DNA of 64,000 nt, taken from contig CAYLOJ010000002.1 in assembly GCA_964385285.1 (NCBI GenBank), positions 559 through 64,558 on the forward strand. The letters run 5' to 3'. Each line of letters starts with the position of its first letter. The stretch's first letter is position 1. The notes below the pieces were generated by a model. That model made no database searches. It was given only the letters and a program-made list of their open reading frames with translations, and was not told where the DNA came from. Made by a program: the position numbers and the translations under genes. Shown piece by piece: positions 28,250-37,262 of the stretch. Source of the DNA: an uncultured Gammaproteobacteria bacterium (GTDB lineage: Bacteria; Patescibacteriota; Patescibacteriia; UBA9570).

Positions 28250-28747
28250 ATGCAAAGTTTTCGTTATCGTTTAATTGCTAGTTCTGCTGTCATCGTATTG
28301 ATGGCCACGGGATGCGCAACTAATAGTTCTACAGTCACAACCAACGTGAATACTGCTACTGTGAACACGAATACTGTAAATCCTGCAGGGGAAACCACTT
28401 TGAGTGGTAGTGCGGATGCCAATGTGAATGATACTCCAACAGCAACTGCAGATGATGACACCACAGTGAATACCACGAAAACATTTGACGTTGTAGCTAG
28501 TCAATTTTCCTTTAGTCCAAGTACGGTTACTGTGAATCAAGGTGATACCGTAGTCATCAACCTAACTACGGAAGACGTTCCCCATGGCTTTTCCTTGCCA
28601 GATTTCGATATCAACGAGACGATTACTCCAGGCAAAACAACTACGGTAGAGTTTGTGGCTGATCAAACAGGCAGCTTCTCCTTTTCCTGTTCAGTGGCTT
28701 GTGGCGCTGGCCACAGTAGTATGCGGGGTACACTGGTCGTCAATTAA
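28250..28747 (+). CDS. Cupredoxin lipoprotein with CuA-type ligand set
   Basis: Lipobox ATGC; DVPHGF and CSVACGAGHSSM (CxxxCxxxHxxM). Confidence 0.85.
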   Translation: MQSFRYRLIASSAVIVLMATGCATNSSTVTTNVNTATVNTNTVNPAGETTLSGSADANVNDTPTATADDDTTVNTTKTFDVVASQFSFSPSTVTVNQGDTVVINLTTEDVPHGFSLPDFDINETITPGKTTTVEFVADQTGSFSFSCSVACGAGHSSMRGTLVVN

Positions 28748-28789
28748 TTTTTTTGCTAACTAATTTTTATTACTAACGTTTTTGCATCT

Positions 28790-29362
28790 ATGCGTACAAC
28801 AACCTCGTTAGCTGCTCTGTTGCTCTCCACTGTCGTAGTGGCCGGCTGCATGGGTGGTTCAGACAATGTTAACCGCCCAGCTCGTACCTCTGGTACGAAC
28901 GATACCAACAGTGTGGCCGTTAAGGACTATGCCGTTGGGGAAGAAGCTCCAGCCGGTGATATCGTCCACAAAGTAGTCTCCGTTGAACAGATGGATGTAA
29001 TTCCATCTTCAGCGACCTTACCAGAATGGGAGATCATTGCTGAAGAAACTCCAGCGGATGAAGGCTTTACATGGCTCCATATTAAAGGTGAAGTGACCAA
29101 CAACAGTAAAGAAACTCAGACCGTTAGTACTAACGGAGTCTATGTGATGGATGCTGATGAAAACCAATTTGAGGTTTCCACAGACACCACGATTTATGTA
29201 GATAGTGATTCCTCACCTGTCTACATCAGTTTGCAGCCCACTCAAACCGTTGACTGGGAAGGTTATTTTGAAGTGCCTAAGGCAGCGACTGGCTTAGTTC
29301 TCGTAGGGAACGATCTTTCGTTCTTACCAGAAAGCGAAGTCCATATCGACTTAGGATTGTAA
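28790..29362 (+). CDS. DUF4352-like Ig-fold lipoprotein
   Basis: Lipobox VAGC; VTNNSKE, DADENQF, LQPTQT..GYFEVP. Confidence 0.7.
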   Translation: MRTTTSLAALLLSTVVVAGCMGGSDNVNRPARTSGTNDTNSVAVKDYAVGEEAPAGDIVHKVVSVEQMDVIPSSATLPEWEIIAEETPADEGFTWLHIKGEVTNNSKETQTVSTNGVYVMDADENQFEVSTDTTIYVDSDSSPVYISLQPTQTVDWEGYFEVPKAATGLVLVGNDLSFLPESEVHIDLGL

Positions 29363-29376
29363 GATTTCTCCAGAGC

Positions 29377-29441
29377 ATAACACCCGGTGTCATACCGGGT
29401 GTTATAAAAAATAACCCCACACGTGATGTGTGGGGTTATTT
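29377..29441. terminator. Twin hairpins between convergent genes
   Basis: ATAACACCCGGT-GTCAT-ACCGGGTGTTAT and AAATAACCCCACAC-GTGAT-GTGTGGGGTTATTT. Confidence 0.8.
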
Positions 29442-29453
29442 AGTTATTGCGGT

Positions 29454-30215
29454 TTATTGTGCAGTGTTGGTATTGCTATTATCGTTGGTAGCATCAGCGT
29501 TAGGATCTTGTCCTTCTGGATACCCAACGACTACTTTCCCATCGGCGGTCGCTTTGACATCAAACATGACATTAGCTGTTTGGATCAATTGTGCATCGAC
29601 CGTTGCTTTGTCGCAATCATTCAAGGCATCATAAGCTTCGTTGACATACACGATTGAACCTTCACTAGTATATTCCACCCAACGTAAACGAATGCCGCTA
29701 GCAGCATTGTCATAACCAGTTTCCTCGGAAGTAGGGCCAGCGAGATCAGCCAAGATAATTTGGCCGTAGAAATCATCGCTAGGCGTGACAGCTCGTTTCA
29801 CCGGAGAAACTTCACCGCAACTCGCACCGTCTTTAGGGAAGTAAAGGGTAATAACCTCTTCACCTTCACCGGCTACAACCTCATCGGCAGTTTCATCCGC
29901 GCTGTTGGTATTGCTGTTACTGTTAGTGTTGGTATTACTATTCTCGGGTTCTACTAAACCAGCATTCGTGTTGCTGTTATTTGTATTCGCATTACTATTG
30001 CTATTACCATTGCTATTTGCGTTCTTGTTCGCATTCGCATTTTTATTCTTGTTTGCGTTGCTATTGGCAGTAGCATTTACTGTATTGGTACTTGTGTCGG
30101 TATCGTCGCTTGGGGCAATTAATAAATAAGCGAAGTAGCCGATTAGGGCCAATAAAACGGCGATAACTACGCCGAAAATTAGATAGAGTGATTTGGATTG
30201 TTTGTTCTTCATCAT
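29454..30215 (-). CDS. Membrane-anchored Asn-rich protein with GerMN-like domain
   Basis: TM, long N-repeat linker, TLYFPK..PVKR, LAGPT.EE, AQLIQTA. Confidence 0.65.
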   Translation of the reverse strand: MMKNKQSKSLYLIFGVVIAVLLALIGYFAYLLIAPSDDTDTSTNTVNATANSNANKNKNANANKNANSNGNSNSNANTNNSNTNAGLVEPENSNTNTNSNSNTNSADETADEVVAGEGEEVITLYFPKDGASCGEVSPVKRAVTPSDDFYGQIILADLAGPTSEETGYDNAASGIRLRWVEYTSEGSIVYVNEAYDALNDCDKATVDAQLIQTANVMFDVKATADGKVVVGYPEGQDPNADATNDNSNTNTAQ

Positions 30216-30249
30216 GGCTTCACTATACACCATGTGCTATCATATTGTC

Positions 30250-30975
30250 ATGTTCAAATCAACGTATTTGTTGGCTGTTTGCCTAGGGTTGAGTGTAATG
30301 GTATTAGCTGGTTGCACCCTGCCGGTATTGCAAAAGTCTAGCTCTACCACTGTGATTGCTGATCCGATAAAACAGTTTCAACAGCAGGCGGAGGATTTGG
30401 GTAATACCATAGAGTTAGAATCACAGATGCAGAATTTGTTCGCCAGCCAGGCGAAATCTGAAGATGTAAATTTTACCTACCCCATTGAAGCATACACCAC
30501 TGCACGTACTCAAAAAACGTTTGGTCAGTATATTGAACCTGACAGTGGGGATCGTTTCAGTGGTTATCACACTGGTGACGATGTTGAAGTGTCCGACCGT
30601 TCAGTAGAAGTCCCTGTCTATGTGTTAGCAGATGCCATGGTCATACAGAAGCAGGTAGTATCTGGTTATGGTGGAGTAGTCATTCTTGAATTTACTGCGG
30701 ATGCCGTCACTTACCATGCCTTATACGGTCACTTAGATTTAGCATCTGTTACTGCCGAGGTTGGTGATCAGCTTAAACAAGGTGATCAGTTAGGTGTATT
30801 AGGCGAAGATCAATCTACCGAAACGGATGGTGAACGTAAACACTTGCATTTTGGTCTTTATCCTTACACAGGCACAGAGTTATATGCTGGGTATGTACAA
30901 AATAATGCAGATTTAGTCCATTGGATTAATCCCGCTGATTTTTTACGCGAGCATCAGGCCATTGCCGCAAAATAA
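30250..30975 (+). CDS. M23-family peptidase lipoprotein
   Basis: Lipobox LAGC; YHTGDD, LYGHL, KHLHFG. Confidence 0.88.
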   Translation: MFKSTYLLAVCLGLSVMVLAGCTLPVLQKSSSTTVIADPIKQFQQQAEDLGNTIELESQMQNLFASQAKSEDVNFTYPIEAYTTARTQKTFGQYIEPDSGDRFSGYHTGDDVEVSDRSVEVPVYVLADAMVIQKQVVSGYGGVVILEFTADAVTYHALYGHLDLASVTAEVGDQLKQGDQLGVLGEDQSTETDGERKHLHFGLYPYTGTELYAGYVQNNADLVHWINPADFLREHQAIAAK

Positions 30976-30999
30976 TGTGATATTCAAGAGGCAATTCCG

Positions 31000-31027
31000 G
31001 TAAGGGCAACCCTAGGGTTGTCCCTAC
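31000..31027. repeat. REP-like palindrome (GTAGGG family)
   Basis: GTAAGGGCAACCCTAGGGTTGTCCCTAC. Confidence 0.55.
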
Positions 31028-31056
31028 TTGACCATTTTGAGACCCTGGTTTATCCT
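31028..31056 (+). promoter_or_regulatory. Promoter of the riboswitch-led operon
   Basis: TTGACC-17-TATCCT. Confidence 0.55.
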
Positions 31057-31062
31057 AAGCCA

Positions 31063-31152
31063 TACCTTTACAACTTTTAGGGGAATCCGGTTAGAATCCG
31101 GAGCTGTGCCGCAACCGTATGTCTGAATGTTAGACGAGCCGGGATACCTCTT
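31063..31152 (+). ncRNA. Cobalamin riboswitch aptamer (compact form)
   Basis: AGGGGAA-TCCGG-TTAGAAT-CCGGA-GCTGTGCCGCAACCGTA ... GAGCCGGGATACCT matches the GGGAA / P4 T-loop / GCnACnGTA / B12-box pattern; followed by DUF4430 genes. Confidence 0.85.
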
Positions 31153-31207
31153 ATCGTGTATGTTCTCGAGCAAGGACAGACGATCGATGTATCCTCATCT
31201 GTTGTCG

Positions 31208-31231
31208 TCCTGCTCTCAGCAGGATTTTTTT
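31208..31231 (+). terminator. Riboswitch-controlled intrinsic terminator
   Basis: TCCTGCT-CTC-AGCAGGA-T7. Its 5' arm can alternatively pair with GAGCAAGGACAGAC (31168-31181), a candidate antiterminator. Confidence 0.8.
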
Positions 31232-31252
31232 ATTCTCTATCCAAAAGCCGAC

Positions 31253-31879
31253 ATGCTAAAACGCCTCATCACAATTTATCTCCCTATGCTGGTTGTGATT
31301 AGCGTTGCGTTCATCGCTGGCCGCCAATTGTATTACGATAATGATGTCACGTTGGATGATGTAGCATTCGTGGAATCATCGAATACTCTAAATAGCAATG
31401 CAAATGTAGTGCAGCCTGCTGATGAATCATTAAATACAGAGCAGATACCGGAAGATGCAGTACTTGTAAACACTGAAACTGTAGTTGCACCGGTAGATGC
31501 TGTAGAGACTGAGCCAGTCAAGGAGATTGTGGAGCCAGTAGCGGTGACTGAGCCAGAAGCAGAGGTGGTGACACAGAATGTGGTTGTCACGATCAGTGGA
31601 CCGGGGATCACTAAACGTTGTGTGGTGACATACACAGATGATTTATCTGTACATCAGTTGATGCAGCAAGCGAGTCAACAGTGCAATTTTGCTTACCGCG
31701 TTAAAGATTATACCTCTCTCGGTGCGTTTGTGGATGAGCTGGGTGGTGTGACTTCGAGTCGCAAAGAGGGGAGATACTGGATTTACTACGTGAATGGCAA
31801 AAAAGCAAACGTCGGTGTGTCGTCCTATACAGTGGCGCCGGACGATCTGGTGGCCTGGGTGTATGAGCAAGAATATTAA
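31253..31879 (+). CDS. Membrane-anchored DUF4430 (transcobalamin beta-domain-like) protein
   Basis: Start MLKRL; TM, acidic stalk, LGAFVDELGG..YWIYYVNGKKANVGVSSY. Confidence 0.85.
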   Translation: MLKRLITIYLPMLVVISVAFIAGRQLYYDNDVTLDDVAFVESSNTLNSNANVVQPADESLNTEQIPEDAVLVNTETVVAPVDAVETEPVKEIVEPVAVTEPEAEVVTQNVVVTISGPGITKRCVVTYTDDLSVHQLMQQASQQCNFAYRVKDYTSLGAFVDELGGVTSSRKEGRYWIYYVNGKKANVGVSSYTVAPDDLVAWVYEQEY

Positions 31880-31906
31880 TTAGTTAATTGATTAGTAGTG
31901 TATTTT

Positions 31907-33433
31907 ATGAAACGTTATTTACTCAGCCTGCTCATGTTCGTAGTCGCTAGTCCGGCTGCGGCTAGTAGTTATATTCAAACTAATCTGCGCGTTGAGACTG
32001 CCGACGAGACAGTGTATGCCGGTGATGTCTACATCAGTTCCGATGGTTGCGCAGTACGCGACACAGATGGCGTGAAACATCAGATTGATGGTGCTGCAGC
32101 CGTCTGTGCGTTAAAAGCGGCTGCAACGCTAGGTGGCTTTGAGTATGCATTGCAAGATTCCAGTTACGGTTTATACCTAACGAGTGTGGATGGTCATGCT
32201 GCCACGAGTGCCGACTATTGGTCCTTCTTTGTGAACTATACCGTCGCTTCAACCGGCTTAACCGATTACACTTTGAGTAATGGTGACAATGTGATTTTGT
32301 CATTAGGCGGGTATCCCAATAATGCTTTAGAATTAAAAGTGCCTAGTAAACAAGTATTGGTCAATGAAAAATTGGTAGTGCGGGTGAAATCTAATGGTGA
32401 ACCGGTCAGTGGGGCAACGGTCCATTTTGGAGATGTGACGACGCAGACTGATAGTTTAGGAAAGGCTCGCTATACACCAACCGATACCACAAATGGTTTG
32501 GAGGTGTATGCTACTGCAGACGGAGCTACGCGTACTCCGACTGCAAGTATTCGTGTGATGCGCCGCTATACAGAGAATACTAGAGTGAACGTTGCTAATC
32601 AGCAGACGATGTTAACAGCAGCCGCAGATTTTTTACTGGCTCGTGTCGATGCCGATGGCATGATCTCGGGTAGTCAGAGTGTGACCGATTGGACAGCAAT
32701 TGCGTTTGCCAATGCAGGCATTACGGTTCCCGCAGCTATGCAAACTGCGGTCTTAGCTTACGATCCAACCATTGAGGTTGCCTATGCGACCAATGAAATC
32801 GCGCGTCATATTTTGGCTGTTGAAGCATTGGGCTATGATGCGACCGATCAAAACGGCGTCAATTATGTAGCCCGCTTGCTCAATACAAAGGCGCACGGTC
32901 AATTTGGTGATACTGCCTACGTCAATGATGATCTCTACGCTGGCTTAGCGCTATTGGCCGCTGGTGTTGCCAGTGATGATGCGGATGTATTGCGTGCTGT
33001 CACTGCTGCCAAAGACAGTCTGAATAGTGACGGTGGATTATCCTATGCTGTGGCGTTAGACGAAAGTGATAATGATACCACTGCCATTTTTGTACAGTTG
33101 CTTAGTAACATCGGTGATAATTCTAAGGCGTATCGCCAGGCAGTGCAGTATCTGCTCGATCAGCAAAACTATGATGGGGGTTGGGGCTACGATAATCATG
33201 GATTATCTAACTCCTCAAGCACAGCGGTAGTCTTACAGGCCTTGCATGCAGCTGGGTATACGCCTAATAAAGTACGCAGTAATCACCGCACAGGTTACAA
33301 CTTCTTAGCCTCGATCCAAAATAGTAATGGAGCTTTTGATTATGACGTGCTCGGCTCGTATAGTTACAAGACCTTAAATTCTGAAGCCGCCATTTTGGCC
33401 CTGGCCCACGCTTGGCTAGGTATGGTAGACTAA
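31907..33433 (+). CDS. Secreted DUF4430 + Ig-like + alpha/alpha-barrel (prenyltransferase/transcobalamin-alpha-like) protein
   Basis: SYGLYLTSVDG..YWSFFVNY..GL.DY (DUF4430); QW-type repeats NSDGGL, QQNYDGGWG, QNSNGAF with DTTA and SSTA. Confidence 0.8.
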   Translation: MKRYLLSLLMFVVASPAAASSYIQTNLRVETADETVYAGDVYISSDGCAVRDTDGVKHQIDGAAAVCALKAAATLGGFEYALQDSSYGLYLTSVDGHAATSADYWSFFVNYTVASTGLTDYTLSNGDNVILSLGGYPNNALELKVPSKQVLVNEKLVVRVKSNGEPVSGATVHFGDVTTQTDSLGKARYTPTDTTNGLEVYATADGATRTPTASIRVMRRYTENTRVNVANQQTMLTAAADFLLARVDADGMISGSQSVTDWTAIAFANAGITVPAAMQTAVLAYDPTIEVAYATNEIARHILAVEALGYDATDQNGVNYVARLLNTKAHGQFGDTAYVNDDLYAGLALLAAGVASDDADVLRAVTAAKDSLNSDGGLSYAVALDESDNDTTAIFVQLLSNIGDNSKAYRQAVQYLLDQQNYDGGWGYDNHGLSNSSSTAVVLQALHAAGYTPNKVRSNHRTGYNFLASIQNSNGAFDYDVLGSYSYKTLNSEAAILALAHAWLGMVD

Positions 33434-33437
33434 ACCT

Positions 33438-34025
33438 ATGATTCACACTCCAAAAGATTTCAAACACTTAGTTGGCCAACTTCCTGGCATGACTGATCGT
33501 CAAGTGGAAACCCATTTAGGCTTATATGCGGGTTATGTTAAGAAGCTCAATGAAATTCAGGACAAGCTCAAGACGGTTGATCCAGCCGATAGTAACTATA
33601 GCTTTGGTGCGTTTTCCGAATTAAAACGTCGTGAAACGGTTGCTTTCAATGGTTCTTATCTCCACCAAGCATATTTCGAAAACATGACGCCGGCTAAAAC
33701 CGAAGTATTATCAAGCTTTCATGCTGCAATTGAGCAGAGTTGGGGTACTTGGGATAAGTTCGTGGCTGATATCAAGGGTTCAGCAGCTTCAACTCCAGGC
33801 TGGGTGATTTTGACGAAGAATCAAGTAGATGGATTGCTGCACACCTATATCATGTATGAGCATCATGTAGGCTTTCCAGTCCACAATAACGTTATCATGG
33901 CGTTAGATTGTTGGGAACATGCCTTTGCCATCGATTATGGTACTGATAAAGCCAAATACGTGGAAAATTTCTTGAGTGTGGTCGATTGGAATATTGTCGC
34001 TGAACGGTTTGCTGCACTGAAGTAG
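33438..34025 (+). CDS. Fe/Mn superoxide dismutase family protein
   Basis: H..LYAGYV, NGSYLH..YF, LDCWEHAF..DYG; possibly ChrC-like subfamily. Confidence 0.88.
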   Translation: MIHTPKDFKHLVGQLPGMTDRQVETHLGLYAGYVKKLNEIQDKLKTVDPADSNYSFGAFSELKRRETVAFNGSYLHQAYFENMTPAKTEVLSSFHAAIEQSWGTWDKFVADIKGSAASTPGWVILTKNQVDGLLHTYIMYEHHVGFPVHNNVIMALDCWEHAFAIDYGTDKAKYVENFLSVVDWNIVAERFAALK

Positions 34026-34039
34026 TCAGCAGACAGATC

Positions 34040-34069
34040 AATAGAGACGTAGCTAGCTACGTCTCTATT
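34040..34069. repeat. REP-like perfect palindrome / terminator
   Basis: AATAGAGACGTAGCTAGCTACGTCTCTATT plus T-tract. Confidence 0.8.
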
Positions 34070-34127
34070 TTTTTAGCGAGGTTTCTATTTAGGCTTTTTT
34101 TCAATTCGTGTTATACTAAAGCCCGTT

Positions 34128-35189
34128 ATGCTCACTGATCAGCCGGTTTGGCAAGCTTTATTTAATCACGTGCGCGAAGCCGTAGTTGTGATCGATAAAA
34201 ACGAGAAGATCGCAGATTGCAATGGAAGTTTTGTAGACTTGGCGCAGCAAGATCAAGCTGCAATGATTGGCAAAAGCTTGGACGAGATTTTACCATTACT
34301 GCAACCGAGCAGTAATCTCTCGGCTGCTTGGCAATATACACCTACGCATCAGTGGGTGACTACGCAAAAATTCAAACGGCCGAATAAGCTGGAGCAGGTG
34401 TCTATTGGTTTTCAAGTGGTGAAAACCGAAACAGACGATGAAGTCACAACCTTAGTGTTAATTCGTGATTTGACCCGCGAGCAAGAGCTCATGGAGCTGC
34501 GTTCTGAGTTTGTTTCCATTGTTTCGCATCAATTACGCACTCCGGCTTCTGCAGTGAAATGGTACTTAGAAACTTTAATCGACAATCGTCGCGGCAACGA
34601 ACTCAATGAATGGCAAGTAGATAAGCTACACCAAGCCTATCAAAGTAATGAACGCATGATCTCACTGATCAATGATCTACTGAATGTATCACGTTTAGAT
34701 TCTGGAAAATTCCTATTAAAACCGACCGAGGTATCGCTTTATAAATTATTCGAAGAGGTGAAGGACGAACTCTATCATTTTGCGCATGCACATAATGTTG
34801 ATATCGTGAATAAAGCTCCAGCCGATTTACCTGTGGTCTCGGCAGATAGGGATAAAGTCCGTGAGGTGATCTTAAATTTAGTGAATAACGCCATTAAGTA
34901 TAGTCCTCCTGGTCATCGTGAAGTGGTGATTAGTACACGCATCCAAGACGGTTTTGTGGAGAGCAGCGTACAAGATCAAGGCATTGGGGTTCCAGCTAAA
35001 GATCAGGCCCATTTATTTGAAAAATTTTACCGCGCTGATAATGCCATTGAATCACAAACCGAAGGCTCTGGCTTAGGCCTATATATTGCTCGTGAAATCG
35101 TCCGCCTCCACGGCGGTGATATTTGGCTTACTTCTAAAGAGGGAGTAGGAACCACAGTCTATTTTTCATTACCCATTTATGCCCATTGA
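34128..35189 (+). CDS. Cytoplasmic PAS sensor histidine kinase
   Basis: SHQLRTP H-box, NLVNNAIKY, DQGIG, FEKFYR, GSGLGL; no TM. Confidence 0.93.
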   Translation: MLTDQPVWQALFNHVREAVVVIDKNEKIADCNGSFVDLAQQDQAAMIGKSLDEILPLLQPSSNLSAAWQYTPTHQWVTTQKFKRPNKLEQVSIGFQVVKTETDDEVTTLVLIRDLTREQELMELRSEFVSIVSHQLRTPASAVKWYLETLIDNRRGNELNEWQVDKLHQAYQSNERMISLINDLLNVSRLDSGKFLLKPTEVSLYKLFEEVKDELYHFAHAHNVDIVNKAPADLPVVSADRDKVREVILNLVNNAIKYSPPGHREVVISTRIQDGFVESSVQDQGIGVPAKDQAHLFEKFYRADNAIESQTEGSGLGLYIAREIVRLHGGDIWLTSKEGVGTTVYFSLPIYAH

Positions 35190-35583
35190 TTTCAAATCCT
35201 ACACTATATTAATCGTCGAAGATGAATCCTTCTTATCCAAAGTGTTAGCGGAACGGATGGAAGATGAAGGATTTGGTCGCATTACTGTGGCTGGAAATGG
35301 CGAAGAAGCATTAGAACAGGTGAAGGCGCATATCCCCAACATCATTTTATTAGATATGATTTTGCCACGCATGAATGGTTTTGAGGTCTTAGAGCACTTG
35401 CAGGCTGATCCTAAATTCAAAAAAATTCCCGTATTAGTACTGTCGAATCTTGGTCAAGATCAAGATATTGAACAGGCTAAAACACTTGGTGCTACCGACT
35501 ACATCGTCAAAAGTAATTTCTCGTTACAGAAAGTTGTAGAAAAAATTGTCACTATTTTGTCAGCGACCACTCCTAAAGCTTAA
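35179..35583 (+). CDS. Stand-alone receiver-domain response regulator
   Basis: ILIVEDE, LLDMILP.MNG, GATDYIVK. Confidence 0.93.
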   Translation: MPIDFKSYTILIVEDESFLSKVLAERMEDEGFGRITVAGNGEEALEQVKAHIPNIILLDMILPRMNGFEVLEHLQADPKFKKIPVLVLSNLGQDQDIEQAKTLGATDYIVKSNFSLQKVVEKIVTILSATTPKA

Positions 35584-35594
35584 CGTGTTTGACT

Positions 35595-37259
35595 ATGCTC
35601 AGTGACGCCAAATTACAACAGATCATCAGTGAAACAAAGGTTGTGCCTGAGGCCGACTTAGCTGAAGCGCTTAGTTTTGCCCAGAAGGAGCAACGTCCAC
35701 TCGCAGATATTTTAGTCGAGCGCGATCTGTTATCCGATGAACAACTTGGTCAGTTGATTGCTGAACACGCCGGTTATGCATTTGTTAATTTGCGGAAGGT
35801 AAGTATTCCTGACGATGTTTTGCGTATTGTTCCAGAAAGCATGGCACGAGCGATGCGTGTCATCGCCTTTGGGCAAACTAGCCAATCCATTCAGTTGGCA
35901 ATGGCTAATCCGTTAGACGTTGCCACAGTTCACTTGATTGAGAAAAAAATAGGCAAGTTAGCAGAGGTAGCATTCGCAACCGATCGCGATGTACGTGACG
36001 CCCTGGGTTACTATAAACGGGGATTACAATTTGAATTTGCAAAGTTAGTGGAAGATAAATTAGGCGGTAACGATGCCACTCCGCCCGTCGTAGAGTTGTT
36101 AGAAATCATGGTGCAGTATGCCTATTTGCAAAAAGCCTCCGATATTCATATTGAGCCCACAGATGACAATGTAGTGGTGCGGTTCCGTGTTGATGGTGTG
36201 CTGCATGACATGGTTAAGTTGCCCAAACATCTCTTGGAAACCTTGATTACACGTATTAAAATTTTAGCTAAACTCCGTACCGATGAACATCGCTCTGCAC
36301 AGGATGGGAAAATGGTACAAAAATTAGAACAAGAAGATCTAGATATTCGTGTTTCCATTCTGCCTGTGTCCGAAGGGGAAAAGGCAGTTTTGCGTTTGTT
36401 ATCTAGTCGATCACGTCAGTATGCATTAGAAGATATTGGCTTTGGATCAAGCGATGTTGAACGCGTACGTAAATATTTGAAACGTCCTCAAGGCATGATT
36501 TTAGTGACTGGACCTACCGGTTCGGGTAAGACGACAACATTGTATGCGTTTTTGAAAATTCTAAATCGCCGTGAGGTGAATATTTCTACGATTGAGGATC
36601 CTGTGGAATATGCGATCGCTGGGATTAATCAAATTCAGGTCAACGCTGCTACTAATCTAACTTTTGCAACTGGCTTGCGCTCCATTGTCCGGCAAGATCC
36701 TGACATTATCATGATTGGAGAAATCCGTGATCAAGAAACAGCTAGTATTGCCGTGAATTCGGCAATGACTGGCCACTTGGTGTTATCCACGTTGCACACG
36801 AATGACGCAGCAACAACGTTGCCACGGTTACTGGATATGCAAGTAGAGCCCTACTTGGTTGCATCTACAGTGAACATCGCCGTGGGGCAACGGTTAGTAC
36901 GAAAAATTTGTACTCAATGTGTGATGAGTGAGGTAGTGACCGGGGATCAGATGAAAGAGTTGATGCAGCAATTCCACTTGGAGAAATATATCAAAAAGGA
37001 TGCGAAGCAGTTACGCTTCTATAAAGGCCGTGGTTGCAACAGTTGTAATCATTCCGGTTACGTAGGTCGAGTAGGTGTATTTGAAGTGCTAGAGATGTCT
37101 ACGGCAATTCGCCAGTTGATTTTAAATCATGCTGATTCCGATCAGATTAAGCAGCAAGCCATTAAGGAGGGGATGACCACTATGTTTGAAGATGGTTTTC
37201 ATAAAGCTTTGTTGGGGGTAACAACCTTAGAAGAGGTTTTACGCGTCGTGGCTGAATAA
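35595..37259 (+). CDS. pilB: Type IV pilus assembly ATPase (PilB/GspE)
   Basis: ASDIHIEP, GPTGSGKTTTLY, TIEDPVE, RQDPD, STLHTN, CxxC pairs. Confidence 0.93.
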   Translation: MLSDAKLQQIISETKVVPEADLAEALSFAQKEQRPLADILVERDLLSDEQLGQLIAEHAGYAFVNLRKVSIPDDVLRIVPESMARAMRVIAFGQTSQSIQLAMANPLDVATVHLIEKKIGKLAEVAFATDRDVRDALGYYKRGLQFEFAKLVEDKLGGNDATPPVVELLEIMVQYAYLQKASDIHIEPTDDNVVVRFRVDGVLHDMVKLPKHLLETLITRIKILAKLRTDEHRSAQDGKMVQKLEQEDLDIRVSILPVSEGEKAVLRLLSSRSRQYALEDIGFGSSDVERVRKYLKRPQGMILVTGPTGSGKTTTLYAFLKILNRREVNISTIEDPVEYAIAGINQIQVNAATNLTFATGLRSIVRQDPDIIMIGEIRDQETASIAVNSAMTGHLVLSTLHTNDAATTLPRLLDMQVEPYLVASTVNIAVGQRLVRKICTQCVMSEVVTGDQMKELMQQFHLEKYIKKDAKQLRFYKGRGCNSCNHSGYVGRVGVFEVLEMSTAIRQLILNHADSDQIKQQAIKEGMTTMFEDGFHKALLGVTTLEEVLRVVAE

Positions 37260-37262
37260 CCT

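Noticed and set aside
31127-31252. Upstream extension of the DUF4430 ORF
   Set aside because: Runs through the riboswitch and terminator; the TM segment follows ATG 31253.
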